A DNA stretch of 64,000 nt from Candidatus Woesearchaeota archaeon (GCA_964466575.1 CAYXNP010000005.1:3938-67937), one strand, 5' to 3'. Counted from the stretch's first letter, positions 29,602 through 40,109 are shown. A program made the numbers and translations. Notes: generated by a model not told the origin, from the letters alone.

Positions 29602-30060
29602 ATGGTATTTTACATGACACTTAATCTTCAGGGTAGATTAAAAGACCTAGCAAGCTTTGATATTGGTGAATTAATGGCTACTGAACCTGGAACACATATG
29701 GATTCAAATTATGGAAATTATATGAGTTTTCCAGGATGGAAACAAGGAAAAGCTATTTATCAATTAAATATGCCTAGATTAACAATTAGAGAAAAGGAAT
29801 TAGTAACTTATGTTCCTATGGGAATGGCAAAATTGATTGGTGAACAAGATGTTAAAAGAGTTAAAGCAAATTTGTCCAGACGGCCGTTTATTGATGGAAT
29901 CGGGCCTTTTGGTCCTTATAGATCCTATACTATCGGTGTAGATTCAAAAATTATTCATGAATTCCGATATGACCAAATTCAATATGACCGATTTACTATT
30001 TCCACTCCTGATGAACAAGAATGCGGAAATGTTTTTACATGGGTAGGTTTACTTAATTAA
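29602..30060 (+). CDS. Hypothetical protein
   Basis: 152-aa ORF; no motif recognised. Confidence 0.6.
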   Translation: MVFYMTLNLQGRLKDLASFDIGELMATEPGTHMDSNYGNYMSFPGWKQGKAIYQLNMPRLTIREKELVTYVPMGMAKLIGEQDVKRVKANLSRRPFIDGIGPFGPYRSYTIGVDSKIIHEFRYDQIQYDRFTISTPDEQECGNVFTWVGLLN

Positions 30061-30143
30061 GTCTGGAATTTCAAAATTAATAGTAGTATACAATTATACA
30101 ACTAACTCCAAAAACCTTATAAAGTTTGAAGAGATTTAATTTT

Positions 30144-30347
30144 ATGGAAAAAATGATTAATCTTGAAGAATTGAATAGAAAGTTGAAGGTAATAGAAGAA
30201 AATATGGTTACTAAAAATGAACTTAATTTTGCATTAGAGACTATTATGGTTTTCTCAAATGAAGACACTATAAGGCAGATTAAGCAAAGCGATGAGGATA
30301 TTCTGTCTGGAAGAACAAAAAAAATTAATTTTGCAGATGAGATATAA
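30144..30347 (+). CDS. Putative antitoxin
   Basis: QIKQSDEDILSGR motif; coupled to the RelE gene. Confidence 0.75.
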   Translation: MEKMINLEELNRKLKVIEENMVTKNELNFALETIMVFSNEDTIRQIKQSDEDILSGRTKKINFADEI

Positions 30348-30625
30348 TGGGTTATGAAATTGAAGTTACCGAGACTTTCTCAAAAGAATTTAAGAAACAT
30401 AAGAAAGACGCGGAGTTTGTGAATGCCTTAGATAATAAAATAAAAAGGTTGAAAGATAACCCTCATAATGTCGGCGGATATCTTTCTGGAAAATTACATG
30501 GTTATAAATCAACAAGGGTAATAAGAAAATTCAGATTGATTTTCAAAATTGACGACGATAAAAAGATTGTCTATTTGTCAGCAATTGATCACAGGAAATC
30601 TTCATATAAAGATTTCTATGGTTGA
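30347..30625 (+). CDS. RelE/ParE-family toxin
   Basis: YEIEVTETFSKE...DNP...LSGKLHG...FRLIF...IDHRK. Confidence 0.88.
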   Translation: MGYEIEVTETFSKEFKKHKKDAEFVNALDNKIKRLKDNPHNVGGYLSGKLHGYKSTRVIRKFRLIFKIDDDKKIVYLSAIDHRKSSYKDFYG

Positions 30626-30661
30626 AATAAAGAGGGAATTATGGGGGGTGGAAGGAGGAGG

Positions 30662-31399
30662 TTATTTTCTTTCCTTAAGATGAATTAATCGATGGCAATT
30701 AGGACATAATAATATACATTTATCCATTTCTTTTTTTATTAGGGGCATAGAACTTGGAGAAATTGTTTTTCGTGCAATAGTAAAAGATTTCTTTTTTTCA
30801 TCTTTATGATGAAATTGTAATATTTCGGGGTGTTTATTATATCCACACTTAGCGCAACATTTTCCTTTTTTATAAGTAGATATAAATTCTTCTAACATTT
30901 TTCTACGATATTCACTCTGGCGTATCTTTATTTTATCTTTATTTTTCTCAATATATATTTTCCTAAGTTTTTTATAACGCTCTTTAACCCTTGGATTCTT
31001 GCGATACTCTTTTTGATATTCTTTAAAATGTTTTCCCTGCCGATATTCCTTACCCTTTGCTTTAACCTCTGGTTTATCACGATATGCTTTTATTTTGTCT
31101 TGATTATTTTGATACCATATTTTATTAACCCGACGTATCCTATCTTTATTCTTTTTACGATACTCTTTACTATATTCTTTTCTTTTTTGTTTAACCTTTG
31201 GTTTATCACGATACTTTTTCCAACGCTCTCTTAATTTCTCTCTATTCTTTTCACGATACTTTTTAAGATACTCTCTTCTTTTTTCTCTATTTTCAGGCTT
31301 TTGGCGATATTCTTTTTCAAGTTTTCTTGCTCTCCCTTTATTTTTTTGATACCATTTTTTATGATACTCTTTCATATATTCTTTTTCATTAAACACCAT
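30662..31399 (-). CDS. HNH endonuclease with long basic Tyr-rich helical repeats
   Basis: CAKCG...LQFHH...LLCPNCHRLIH; repeated KEYR/KPEVK units. Confidence 0.8.
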   Translation of the reverse strand: MVFNEKEYMKEYHKKWYQKNKGRARKLEKEYRQKPENREKRREYLKKYREKNREKLRERWKKYRDKPKVKQKRKEYSKEYRKKNKDRIRRVNKIWYQNNQDKIKAYRDKPEVKAKGKEYRQGKHFKEYQKEYRKNPRVKERYKKLRKIYIEKNKDKIKIRQSEYRRKMLEEFISTYKKGKCCAKCGYNKHPEILQFHHKDEKKKSFTIARKTISPSSMPLIKKEMDKCILLCPNCHRLIHLKERK

Positions 31400-31487
31400 T
31401 TTCTAAGTTATCTAAAACCAAGAACCCAAACCTCTTAAAGTTTACTGAAACAGAAAAAGATAAATAGAAGCAAGTGTTTGAAGCAAT

Positions 31488-31730
31488 ATGAGTAAATACA
31501 AAGATATGCCTTTATTCAAAACAAAGAAATGGAAATACATATTAAACAAATCAGATTTATGGCAAGTCATTACACTTCTTACAATTGGAATCGTGCCCCT
31601 ATTAATATCAACTTTTAATTATTTCAGTCCATTAATATCTCTTATTCTTTCGGGGATATTTTTTATTCTATTAATTTTGATTTCATTATATGTTTTTGTG
31701 GAAAGATTAACCAATAAGGAACAAAGTTAA
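31488..31730 (+). CDS. Small two-TM protein
   Basis: Two hydrophobic helices. Confidence 0.55.
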   Translation: MSKYKDMPLFKTKKWKYILNKSDLWQVITLLTIGIVPLLISTFNYFSPLISLILSGIFFILLILISLYVFVERLTNKEQS

Positions 31731-31752
31731 ATCTAAAAAAGGAGAAATAAAA

Positions 31753-32256
31753 TTGAAGAAGAAATATGATTGGCTTTCAATATTTACAATAATCATTTCA
31801 ATTGTGGCAATAGGAATTTCAGGATTTAATCTATTGATATATTGGAATCTTCAGAAGACAAGTAATCAACTTCAAACTGAAAATAACCAACTTCAAAATC
31901 AAGTAAATAAATTAGTAGAAGCAGGATTAGTACATGATAGGGCAGTGGAGAGTCTTAACTTTTTAAAAAGTATGGGGAATTCGCCAAGTTGTCCAAATGA
32001 AACACGTAAAGAAATTGTTAAATCATACAATAAAGCATTAGGAGCGTATATTGAAGAAGATTATGATCTGACAATGGATATCATTAAAGAAACTGAGTTG
32101 GGTAATTGTGTTGAGGCTGGTTCTGAAACATTTGAAGAGGCAGCAAGGGGGAAAGAAGATATAGAAAGTGTGAATTTTGTTTATGGTTGGATTTTAATAC
32201 TTCTTATCCTTATTTGTTTGATAGTTTTATTGATAATTCTTAGGAGTAGAAAATAA
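31753..32256 (+). CDS. Membrane protein with N- and C-terminal TM helices
   Basis: AGGAG Shine-Dalgarno, TTG start and a coiled-coil centre. Confidence 0.65.
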   Translation: MKKKYDWLSIFTIIISIVAIGISGFNLLIYWNLQKTSNQLQTENNQLQNQVNKLVEAGLVHDRAVESLNFLKSMGNSPSCPNETRKEIVKSYNKALGAYIEEDYDLTMDIIKETELGNCVEAGSETFEEAARGKEDIESVNFVYGWILILLILICLIVLLIILRSRK

Positions 32257-32333
32257 CAAACCCTCTCAACTATAAATAATTTTCCTTCCCTCCTCCCCCT
32301 TCAACCTCGAAGGTAGAGGCTCCTCCCGAATTA

Positions 32334-32424
32334 GTGGGTTTTCGTCGGAATAAAATGGAGACGAAATTTAGTGGGCGATTACTAACTCAAAAAATTCCAA
32401 ATAAAGAAGATTTTCACCAAAGCA
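32334..32424. mobile_element. Partial MITE (right half)
   Basis: Matches the interior and a degenerate right end of the 55225-55383 element. Confidence 0.75.
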
Positions 32425-32466
32425 GTTAATAAAAAGACTTAAAAACACCTAACAAATCAAAATAAA

Positions 32467-32751
32467 ATGATAGCCTTGCCAAAAACACAAACAGAAGAAT
32501 TAATTGATTTATATCAACAAGCTTTGACATCACTAATTGAATTCGAGAATCCTGAAATAGCATGTTTAGATATATCAAGTCCTGCATATATACAAATAAG
32601 ACTTCGTATGTGTTACAGAGTAATTCATCCAGAAACAACACAAGCCCAATCAATGTCTCCAGAAGATTTAGCATCATATTATGATAAAGTAATTACTGCA
32701 AACACATCAAAATCTCGAAGACGTGCATTAGATGGATTTTTATCTGGTTAA
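32467..32751 (+). CDS. Hypothetical protein
   Basis: 94-aa ORF. Confidence 0.55.
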   Translation: MIALPKTQTEELIDLYQQALTSLIEFENPEIACLDISSPAYIQIRLRMCYRVIHPETTQAQSMSPEDLASYYDKVITANTSKSRRRALDGFLSG

Positions 32752-33014
32752 ACCCTCGGCGCTTTTATCTTCAATTTTCTCCTTGAGAAAGTTGTTTTTG
32801 CTTTTCTTGGATTCACATTCGGCAAAGTTGTCATATAATGAAATGACTGGTGATGTCGCTCCTCATGAAAAAAATCTTTTCTCTGCAACTTCGTCTCGTG
32901 TTTTTTCTCGCCCTTTATTTCGACAGAATTTTTATTTATCTTAACTTTTATCTCTTCCTTCTTAAAATTAGGAAGGTCAAATTCCATTCGAATCCCTTTA
33001 TCTGAAATTAACAT
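32748..33014 (-). CDS. Hsp20/alpha-crystallin small heat-shock protein (minimal)
   Basis: DLPNFKKEEIKV...VEIKGE...ER...LP.VNP..AK...LKIKAP. Confidence 0.85.
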   Translation of the reverse strand: MLISDKGIRMEFDLPNFKKEEIKVKINKNSVEIKGEKKHETKLQRKDFFHEERHHQSFHYMTTLPNVNPRKAKTTFSRRKLKIKAPRV

Positions 33015-33275
33015 CAAGATAATAAGAAATTGGGATTTTTAAAATTTTTGGAAATGAAATTGACTCGCTGAGCTCGCGTATCATTGACGGCTCGCGACCC
33101 CGCTCAGTTATTAATAATAAATAAACTTTAGTCCTTCGCAAAGTCGCTCGTCAAATCTGACTCTGTTAAAATTTTCGCTAAAGAAAAATGTTAATGTACA
33201 ATTATTTAATTGTGGGAAGATAACTTGTTTTTTAGTTAACATCTTTATAATTCGCGAACGTAAGTGAGCGCTAAA

Positions 33276-33980
33276 TTACAACCAACCCATTAACAAACTT
33301 AATCCAACTAAAAACAACAAGATTCCTGCAACTAAATGCAATCGCTTGATATTTCTTTCTTTCCAACCCGAAATTTCATCAACTTTCTTGTAACTAAAAT
33401 AAACAAATGCAACAATTATCAACATAGGCAGCACAAATATAAAATTATAATACAATACCCATGGAATTGATTTCATTATTCCTATTTCTGAAAGTAAACC
33501 AGAGGCAACAAACAATGGACCTGCAGTGCATGGAAGCAAAAATAAAGTAACTAAAATTCCAATAACAAAAGCTCCTTTAGTTGAAGCAATTCCTTTTATC
33601 ATCATTTTCACTCTTGGACGAAAACTTAAAGGCATTTCAGTTGCAAAACTTCCGGGCTTGTAGTAAAAATAATCTTTAATATTTAATGCTCCCATAATCA
33701 TTGAAAAAATCGCTAAACCATTATACACATAAACTGAAAAACCACTTATTTTTACAGTTAAAAAACTAAAAAACTGAATTAATAAAAAAGCATAAATTAA
33801 ATAACCAATAAAAATGGCAGAAACAAACGCCAGTCCAGCATACAAAACTTTTTTTCTATTTTCAGGATTTTTAGTCAAAATAGTTACGAGAACAATTAGC
33901 AGCACAGCCATCTCGCATGGATTAACTGAATCTGCCAAAGCCAAACCAGTTATGCTTGTTAATAAAGATGTATCAATCAC
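33276..33980 (-). CDS. CcdA/DsbD-like membrane electron transporter
   Basis: DSVNPC and LPCTAGP motifs; multiple TM helices. Confidence 0.85.
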   Translation of the reverse strand: MIDTSLLTSITGLALADSVNPCEMAVLLIVLVTILTKNPENRKKVLYAGLAFVSAIFIGYLIYAFLLIQFFSFLTVKISGFSVYVYNGLAIFSMIMGALNIKDYFYYKPGSFATEMPLSFRPRVKMMIKGIASTKGAFVIGILVTLFLLPCTAGPLFVASGLLSEIGIMKSIPWVLYYNFIFVLPMLIIVAFVYFSYKKVDEISGWKERNIKRLHLVAGILLFLVGLSLLMGWL

Positions 33981-33982
33981 TT

Positions 33983-34321
33983 TTATTCACATCCTGTAAG
34001 CTGTTTTAATGTTTCAATACTTTGAACACCAGAATATTTCTCATCATTAATAACCCATGTCGGAGTCGAAGTAATTCCTAATTCAGTCAATGGTTCCCAT
34101 GTATCAAAATTCTTAACATTCAAAAATTTATAACTGTCTCCAAATAATTCTTTTTGTTTAACACAAGCAAAACACCCTGTCTTAGAATACAAAACAGAAT
34201 TCGCCCCAATACATTTAGCTAACTCACTATCAACATTCCCTCCACGATTATTCAATATATACCAAGCCAATCCAATTACCGCAACTACAATCACCAATGT
34301 AATAATTGTGTTCTTTTTCAT
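33983..34321 (-). CDS. Membrane-anchored thioredoxin-fold protein
   Basis: LAKC...CFAC..QK..FG...PTW. Confidence 0.85.
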   Translation of the reverse strand: MKKNTIITLVIVVAVIGLAWYILNNRGGNVDSELAKCIGANSVLYSKTGCFACVKQKELFGDSYKFLNVKNFDTWEPLTELGITSTPTWVINDEKYSGVQSIETLKQLTGCE

Positions 34322-34375
34322 AATTTAATATAAAAAAAGAATATTATAAATGTTATTGTGCAACTGGTTACATAA

Positions 34376-34640
34376 TTAGCACTCACAGACTCGCAGGATA
34401 ATTAAGAACCATAAAGTGAATTGGATTCAATTAATAATTATAACAATTGATAAAATCTGGAGTAACAATTTCTTAGCGAAGAGCTTTGGCAAAGCCAGGC
34501 TCGTAACCATTAATCTTTGCGAAGCAAGAAAAATCTTTCTCCTAGTGAAGAGCCGTGTGTCAAGCCGAGCGATTTCACGTTTGGGTTCTTCGGTATTCAA
34601 ATTAACAGGCGGAGTGAGGTCGGGAGTAGGCTCGTAGCCG
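34376..34640. repeat. Composite repeat: module A, spacer, B, GAA-triloop hairpin, then B with nested D
   Basis: Shares modules with 22465-22737, 35380-35640 and 36140-36217. Confidence 0.7.
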
Positions 34641-34742
34641 ATATTATATCAAACGTAGCGAGACAAATTCCCAAAACCACCTTAATCAAAAGTAGTAACA
34701 CGCCACATAAATGTTTATAAATTAAAACAATGCTACTTTAAA

Positions 34743-35258
34743 ATGGCTAATGGTGTTCAATCAGCAATTATTATTATTTTAGTAATCGTTGCACTTTTAT
34801 TGATTGGCGTAGCAAGTTACGCAATTGGCGCCGGCGCAATTCAATTTTCAGACGATTCAGATGAAAACACAAAGTCAAATTCAAATTCTAATTATGACAA
34901 TGAACTTGTTAAGCTGCAGACAGAATTGTTGGTAATGAAACTTGAGAAAACACAACAACCAACAATTAACCAACCTTACACTGATCCTTTCTACAATCAA
35001 TATTCTGTTTCTGGATCTTACAAGGACAGCTTCAAAAATAAATGCGATGACATTGAAGAAGATATTGATGATCTCAGAGAGGATATTGACGACCAAGAAG
35101 ATGATATTAGTGAATTGAGAACAAGGATAGATAATGAAACTGATCCTGTTAGAAAAGCTGAATTGCAAGCTGAATTAGCAGATTTAGAAGACGAACTTGA
35201 TGATATGAATAATGATTTAGATGATCTTTATGACGACGAGGACGACGAGAACTGCTAA
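34743..35258 (+). CDS. Membrane-anchored protein with acidic coiled coil
   Basis: N-terminal TM helix; D/E-rich heptads flanked by Cys. Confidence 0.75.
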   Translation: MANGVQSAIIIILVIVALLLIGVASYAIGAGAIQFSDDSDENTKSNSNSNYDNELVKLQTELLVMKLEKTQQPTINQPYTDPFYNQYSVSGSYKDSFKNKCDDIEEDIDDLREDIDDQEDDISELRTRIDNETDPVRKAELQAELADLEDELDDMNNDLDDLYDDEDDENC

Positions 35259-35379
35259 AGACTTATTCTTTTAATTTTCTATTAATTTAAATCTTGTTTA
35301 ACAAACAAATAATATCAACTAACAATCAACAACAACCGACTTAGAAATTATTTTTGCATTAACTTTCTTTCTTGCGTAG

Positions 35380-35640
35380 ACGAGCGATTTCACGAGTGGC
35401 ACCTCAAAACTTTGTTTGAGTGAGGTCGCGAGCAGTGACAAAGTCAGACTCGAAGCTATCAATTCTCATTTAATATTTAGCACGCAAGCATATAAAATAA
35501 ATAAGAATCCTATATTGAACTAGATTCAACCTCGACAATATGATAATAAATAAATCTACATTCACATTTTTCTCAGCGAAGAGCCTTGAGCTTGCTCTGG
35601 CTCTGAGTAATTAATATCGGGCAACTTGTTGCGAGTCAAT
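35380..35640. repeat. Composite repeat: modules D, A-like, spacer and B
   Basis: CGAGCGATTTCACGA...GAGTGAGGTCGCGAG; GCGAAGAGCCTTGAGCTTGCTCTGGCTC. Confidence 0.7.
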
Positions 35641-35652
35641 TTAATTTAGAAA

Positions 35653-35940
35653 TCAATAATCCTCAACATCAGTTTGCTCTTTTGGTTTTGGTTTTGGCTT
35701 CGGTGCTTCACTAGCTCCCGCAACTTCCTTCATATCTTCAGCAGTTATTGAGTTAATCATTTCCTTAAATTTTGAAAACTCCGCAGAAAGAATTCTTACT
35801 CCAGATTTCGTAAAGCCAGTATATCTTTCGCTTTTAACAAACTCTCGGATTGTCAAACCTTTTCTGCCGCCGAAATCATCAACACGAATTATGATGTCAG
35901 TTTCGTCGTTCTTTTTTATTTTCCCAATATCTTTTTCCAT
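35653..35940 (-). CDS. PC4/YdbC-like ssDNA-binding protein
   Basis: IRVDDFGG...IREF...TKSGVRI. Confidence 0.75.
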   Translation of the reverse strand: MEKDIGKIKKNDETDIIIRVDDFGGRKGLTIREFVKSERYTGFTKSGVRILSAEFSKFKEMINSITAEDMKEVAGASEAPKPKPKPKEQTDVEDY

Positions 35941-35990
35941 AATTAGAATTAATAACAGAGTTATTTAAAGTTTGTTGTTTTTAGAAATAT

Positions 35991-36217
35991 AATTATTTCT
36001 CACTTCGTTCGAAAATTTATTGCGACTTCAAACCTGTAAGGCACCTACGGTTCCTTGACAATCAACCTCCCTTAAACTAGCAGGATTTTCCGTCGAGAAA
36101 AATAATAACAACCTATCTCAAAATTTATGGATTAACAATTTCTTAGCGGAGAGCCTTGAGCTTGCTCTGGCTCGAAGCCATTAATATTGCGTTAGCAACA
36201 AATTTACACATAAAAAA
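35991..36217. repeat. Long composite hairpin repeat, copy 2
   Basis: Near-identical to 22465-22737 apart from the variable insert. Confidence 0.9.
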
Positions 36218-36294
36218 GGGTGAACCTATTTCAGGACATCACATATTCCAATAAATATAGAAAAATATTTAAGTGGAATTCAGAAGCATATTTT

Positions 36295-37269
36295 ATGGAG
36301 ATAGAAGAACTAAAAACATTAGAAGGTACTGAGCCATTAAAAAAAGAATGGGATTCTTTAGTAGAATTATCTGGAAATAATGTTTTTTCAGTATACGATT
36401 TCTTTAGAAGTTGGGAAAAAGCATACGGGGATTTAGCTCAAATGAAAATCCAATTATTATATGAGGATAGAAAACTCGTAGGAATCCTGCCTTTAGCCTC
36501 AGAAAATGGAGTTCTAAAATTCGCTACAGGTATTGATTATAAAGGAGTCTCTGATTACAATGATTTCATTGTAAATCCTCAATTTGAATTAGAAGCTTTT
36601 GAGCATATTAAAGATTTTTTATCTAGAGAAAAAATCGTTTTAAGAGAGATACCTCAACATTCTAAAACCCTACAACACTTTCACGGCGATTCAAGATTCT
36701 CTATTTCAGATTCATCAGAAGTTTCTTCTAAAATTCATTTAGTTGGAAGTTTGGAAGAATATTTATCTACAATAAGAAGTAGTTACAGATCTCTTTTTAG
36801 GAAACAAAAATCAAATCCGGACTTTTCATTTGAAGTATTGAGAGATAAAGGTCAGTTAGAAGCCTGGTTCGAAGAATTTGTCAAACTTCATCAAAGCTCT
36901 TGGAATAAACGTGGTCTGCCGGGTTGTTTCGCTGATGATGATAAACATAGAAGATTTAGAAATTTCCATGCTAATTTAAAAGATAGACTATTTCAAGATA
37001 ATCACCTCCACTTCCAAAGATTAAGACATAAAGATGAAATTATTGCAATAGAATATTCTTTTATTGACAAAGATACTATGTACTTTTATCTTGGAGCAAT
37101 GAATGAAAATTATAGAAATTTATCACCAGGAATTCTCATACAATTATTTTCTTTAAGAGAATCATTTGATCGTGGATTGCAGTATTATGACTTCTTAAGA
37201 GGAGACGAGGATTATAAACAAGGATTAAGAGCAGTTAAAGAACAAAATAAAACTATTTCTTCGGTTTAA
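36295..37269 (+). CDS. GNAT acetyltransferase, CelD/BcsL-like
   Basis: LVGILPL, SDYNDF, LSPG and YDFLRGDEDYK motifs. Confidence 0.85.
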   Translation: MEIEELKTLEGTEPLKKEWDSLVELSGNNVFSVYDFFRSWEKAYGDLAQMKIQLLYEDRKLVGILPLASENGVLKFATGIDYKGVSDYNDFIVNPQFELEAFEHIKDFLSREKIVLREIPQHSKTLQHFHGDSRFSISDSSEVSSKIHLVGSLEEYLSTIRSSYRSLFRKQKSNPDFSFEVLRDKGQLEAWFEEFVKLHQSSWNKRGLPGCFADDDKHRRFRNFHANLKDRLFQDNHLHFQRLRHKDEIIAIEYSFIDKDTMYFYLGAMNENYRNLSPGILIQLFSLRESFDRGLQYYDFLRGDEDYKQGLRAVKEQNKTISSV

Positions 37270-38143
37270 TCAATTCTCTGTAAAGCTCAATACTCTTCCT
37301 CACATCTTCATCTGTTGATTGAGAGCGATAATTATAAATTTCTAAAACTGGATGGATTAATCCTCTATTAATTCTATTTCTCAAAAAACCAAACAATTTT
37401 GTTAAATCTATCTTTCCAGTTTGTAGTGGTGCATGAAGATCTTTTTTTCCGTCATTATTATGAAGATGTAATCCAATAATATTTTGACAATGTTCTGCAA
37501 TTTCATATACGTCAGATAATTTATTTACAAATGCATGGCCAATATCAAACCATAAACCAATATTAGGATAGAAATCATTTATTGCTCTTATTTCTTCTGG
37601 AGTTATAAACATATTACTGGGATAAGGGCCGTTTTCAATTCCAATTCTTATTCTAGAATTAGTATCATAAAGATGACGATAAATTTCTTGAACAGATTTT
37701 TTTAAAGAATGTAAATTTTCTTCCCTAGATTTATTTCTTTCCTTAAATCCAGCGTGTACAACAACATACTTTGCACCAATTTCTTCTGCTAAAGAAATCA
37801 CTTCTTGAAGACCCCTCACTGCAAATGTTCTTCTTTCTTCATTACAACTGCTTAAATTATAGTAATCAGCCGGGTGATTCCCTACCTCAAAATCATCTCT
37901 TAAAGGAGCAAACGCATGAATTGAACTAATTTTTCCAGGTCTTTCTTTTAAAAATTTTCTGATTCCTTCCATTGCAATTTCAGGCATCCAACAAGTTAAT
38001 TCATAAGAATCTAATTTAAATGTAGAATCTATTTGTTCCATTAAATGATACCCATCTAAGTTCCTTGCACTTACATCCTGTTTAAATAAATCTTCTAAAT
38101 TTCTTGGACCCCACACATACTCAGTTGTTAATGATAAATTCAT
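37253..38143 (-). CDS. Sugar-phosphate isomerase/epimerase TIM barrel
   Basis: VVHAG, IENG, FDIGHA, HLHNNDG..DLH and VLEI motifs. Confidence 0.85.
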   Translation of the reverse strand: MNLSLTTEYVWGPRNLEDLFKQDVSARNLDGYHLMEQIDSTFKLDSYELTCWMPEIAMEGIRKFLKERPGKISSIHAFAPLRDDFEVGNHPADYYNLSSCNEERRTFAVRGLQEVISLAEEIGAKYVVVHAGFKERNKSREENLHSLKKSVQEIYRHLYDTNSRIRIGIENGPYPSNMFITPEEIRAINDFYPNIGLWFDIGHAFVNKLSDVYEIAEHCQNIIGLHLHNNDGKKDLHAPLQTGKIDLTKLFGFLRNRINRGLIHPVLEIYNYRSQSTDEDVRKSIELYRELIKPKK

Positions 38144-39213
38144 TTTGCTCTCCTTATAACATCTTCATAAACTTTAATATATTTTTCAGAGATTAAACTT
38201 ATATCAAATCTATTTAATACTGATTTTCTACAATACCCTCTATCAATTTCATCAATCCTAGATAAATAACGAACCATCTCTTCTGCATCTTCAACCAAGA
38301 AACCATTTTTACCATGTTCGATAATTTCAGGAATTGCACCGCGTGAAAAAGCAATTACAGGTGTTCCACAAGCTAACGATTCTATAACAACTAATCCAAA
38401 TGCTTCATTACAACTTATAGGCATCAAAAATGCATATGCGTCTCTGAAAAAAACCTTTTTTTGTTCATCATTTAATTCTCCAACATATTTAATAGAACTA
38501 CCCAAATGAGGCCTAATTTCATTATCAAAATAATTTCTATCTTCGGAATCTGTAGGATCTTCACTAATATTTCCTCCCAAGATTAACGGCTTATTGGTTC
38601 TTTCCGCAGCTGCAATTGCATGATGCTGCCCTTTATATCTTGTTATTTGTCCAAGAGAAAAAAGATAACTTCCCGACGACAAACTAAAAGGAAATGATTT
38701 AAGCTCCAAACCATTGTAAACAACATATTGTGGATCTAAAAAATGATAATCTTGTCTTTGTGATTCGCTGACTGCATTAAAATTACATCCTTTAAAAAAT
38801 TCTTTGTATAAATCTTTGTCCCAAAACCATTCTGAAGGCCCATGAAGAGTTGTTAAAAGAGGTTTATTAAGTGACTTATGAAATGAAAAAACTTTTCCTG
38901 TATGGTCGTGAACAATATCAACATCAGACGCATTTGCAATTTCGAGAACTTTAGAAATATGCGCTAAATTGTTAAATACTGCGTTTCCTGGACTTTGAAA
39001 TTTAGAATCTCTTTTAATTGACGCCCAATAGCTTTCGAATAAAGAAGGAAGAACATTTGGAATTGAATTGTCACCGTCTGGTGCTATCACATAATTTTCT
39101 AATCCCATTAAATCATATTGTTCTTTCAAACCAAGAACTAATCTCTCAATTCCACCATAGGTCATATTTTTATTAAGATTTAAAACATTTGGTGATACTT
39201 GCAGGATTTTCAT
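38140..39213 (-). CDS. Glycosyltransferase family 4
   Basis: YGGIER, HDH, TLHG and EAFGLVVIESLACGTPV motifs. Confidence 0.92.
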   Translation of the reverse strand: MKILQVSPNVLNLNKNMTYGGIERLVLGLKEQYDLMGLENYVIAPDGDNSIPNVLPSLFESYWASIKRDSKFQSPGNAVFNNLAHISKVLEIANASDVDIVHDHTGKVFSFHKSLNKPLLTTLHGPSEWFWDKDLYKEFFKGCNFNAVSESQRQDYHFLDPQYVVYNGLELKSFPFSLSSGSYLFSLGQITRYKGQHHAIAAAERTNKPLILGGNISEDPTDSEDRNYFDNEIRPHLGSSIKYVGELNDEQKKVFFRDAYAFLMPISCNEAFGLVVIESLACGTPVIAFSRGAIPEIIEHGKNGFLVEDAEEMVRYLSRIDEIDRGYCRKSVLNRFDISLISEKYIKVYEDVIRRAK

Positions 39214-39214
39214 T

Positions 39215-40000
39215 TTATATTAAACATTTATTTAATTCGTCCATCACATCCAATGGATTGACTTTAACATTTACAACCTCATAAAACAATGGCCTCTGAT
39301 GGGGAAATTGTATTTTTTTTGGAAAATCACTTAATCTAAATAACTCCCTTTCCATAATTCCTGATTCCAAAAATGGCATTATATATTTTTGCTGAGATGC
39401 AAAAGCATTAAACGCTTGTCTTTTTTTTGAGCTTTCTTCAAATAATAAATTAAACATATACTCCTCTTGTTTGTTTGGAATAAATCTTGAAAAGTTCTTG
39501 CTTCCACTATAATAATTATATTCTGGATATTCAACAACCAATGGTTTAATAGATGATTTTTCTCTGGCTAGATGTGATATCAAATGCAACGAATCATGAT
39601 CTGGATGCCCCCCTTCAAATGCTGGACAAAATATTACTTCGGGTTTTTGCTTTTCTATTAATTCTCTAACTCTATCAACAATTTCTTCTACATGCCAAGC
39701 CAATCTTTGATCATCTACATTTGACAGATATATTTTATCTTCTTCAATTCCTAAAATACCTGCTGCTTGAATTAATTCTTCTCGCCTCATTTGAGCATAA
39801 CTCATTGGAGAATCGCAACTATATCGTGGATAATATGTCAAATCCGAAGGTGCTCCATTTGTTACGCAAAAATACCAAACAGAAAATCCTAAATCTAAAG
39901 TTCTTTTAATCAAACCGCCGCAAGTTACTTCGACATCATCAGGATGCGCCCCTAAAAATAATTTTGCTGTTTCAACATAAGGAAATTCGTCTAATGCCAT
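39215..40000 (-). CDS. PIG-L/LmbE-family N-deacetylase
   Basis: AHPDD, RREE, GGHPDH and SQ motifs. Confidence 0.92.
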   Translation of the reverse strand: MALDEFPYVETAKLFLGAHPDDVEVTCGGLIKRTLDLGFSVWYFCVTNGAPSDLTYYPRYSCDSPMSYAQMRREELIQAAGILGIEEDKIYLSNVDDQRLAWHVEEIVDRVRELIEKQKPEVIFCPAFEGGHPDHDSLHLISHLAREKSSIKPLVVEYPEYNYYSGSKNFSRFIPNKQEEYMFNLLFEESSKKRQAFNAFASQQKYIMPFLESGIMERELFRLSDFPKKIQFPHQRPLFYEVVNVKVNPLDVMDELNKCLI

Positions 40001-40109
40001 TTTATTCTTATTTGCACGCTCTTTTTAAACATTATTAAGTTGTCTTTTTATAATAGTATCATTAGAAGGTTTTATATACTTAAATAAAATCTTGAAAATT
40101 GGAGGATTT

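Noticed and set aside
34416-34720. Two short ORFs, plus 22301-22620
   Set aside because: They lie within structured repeat DNA and have no protein-like features.
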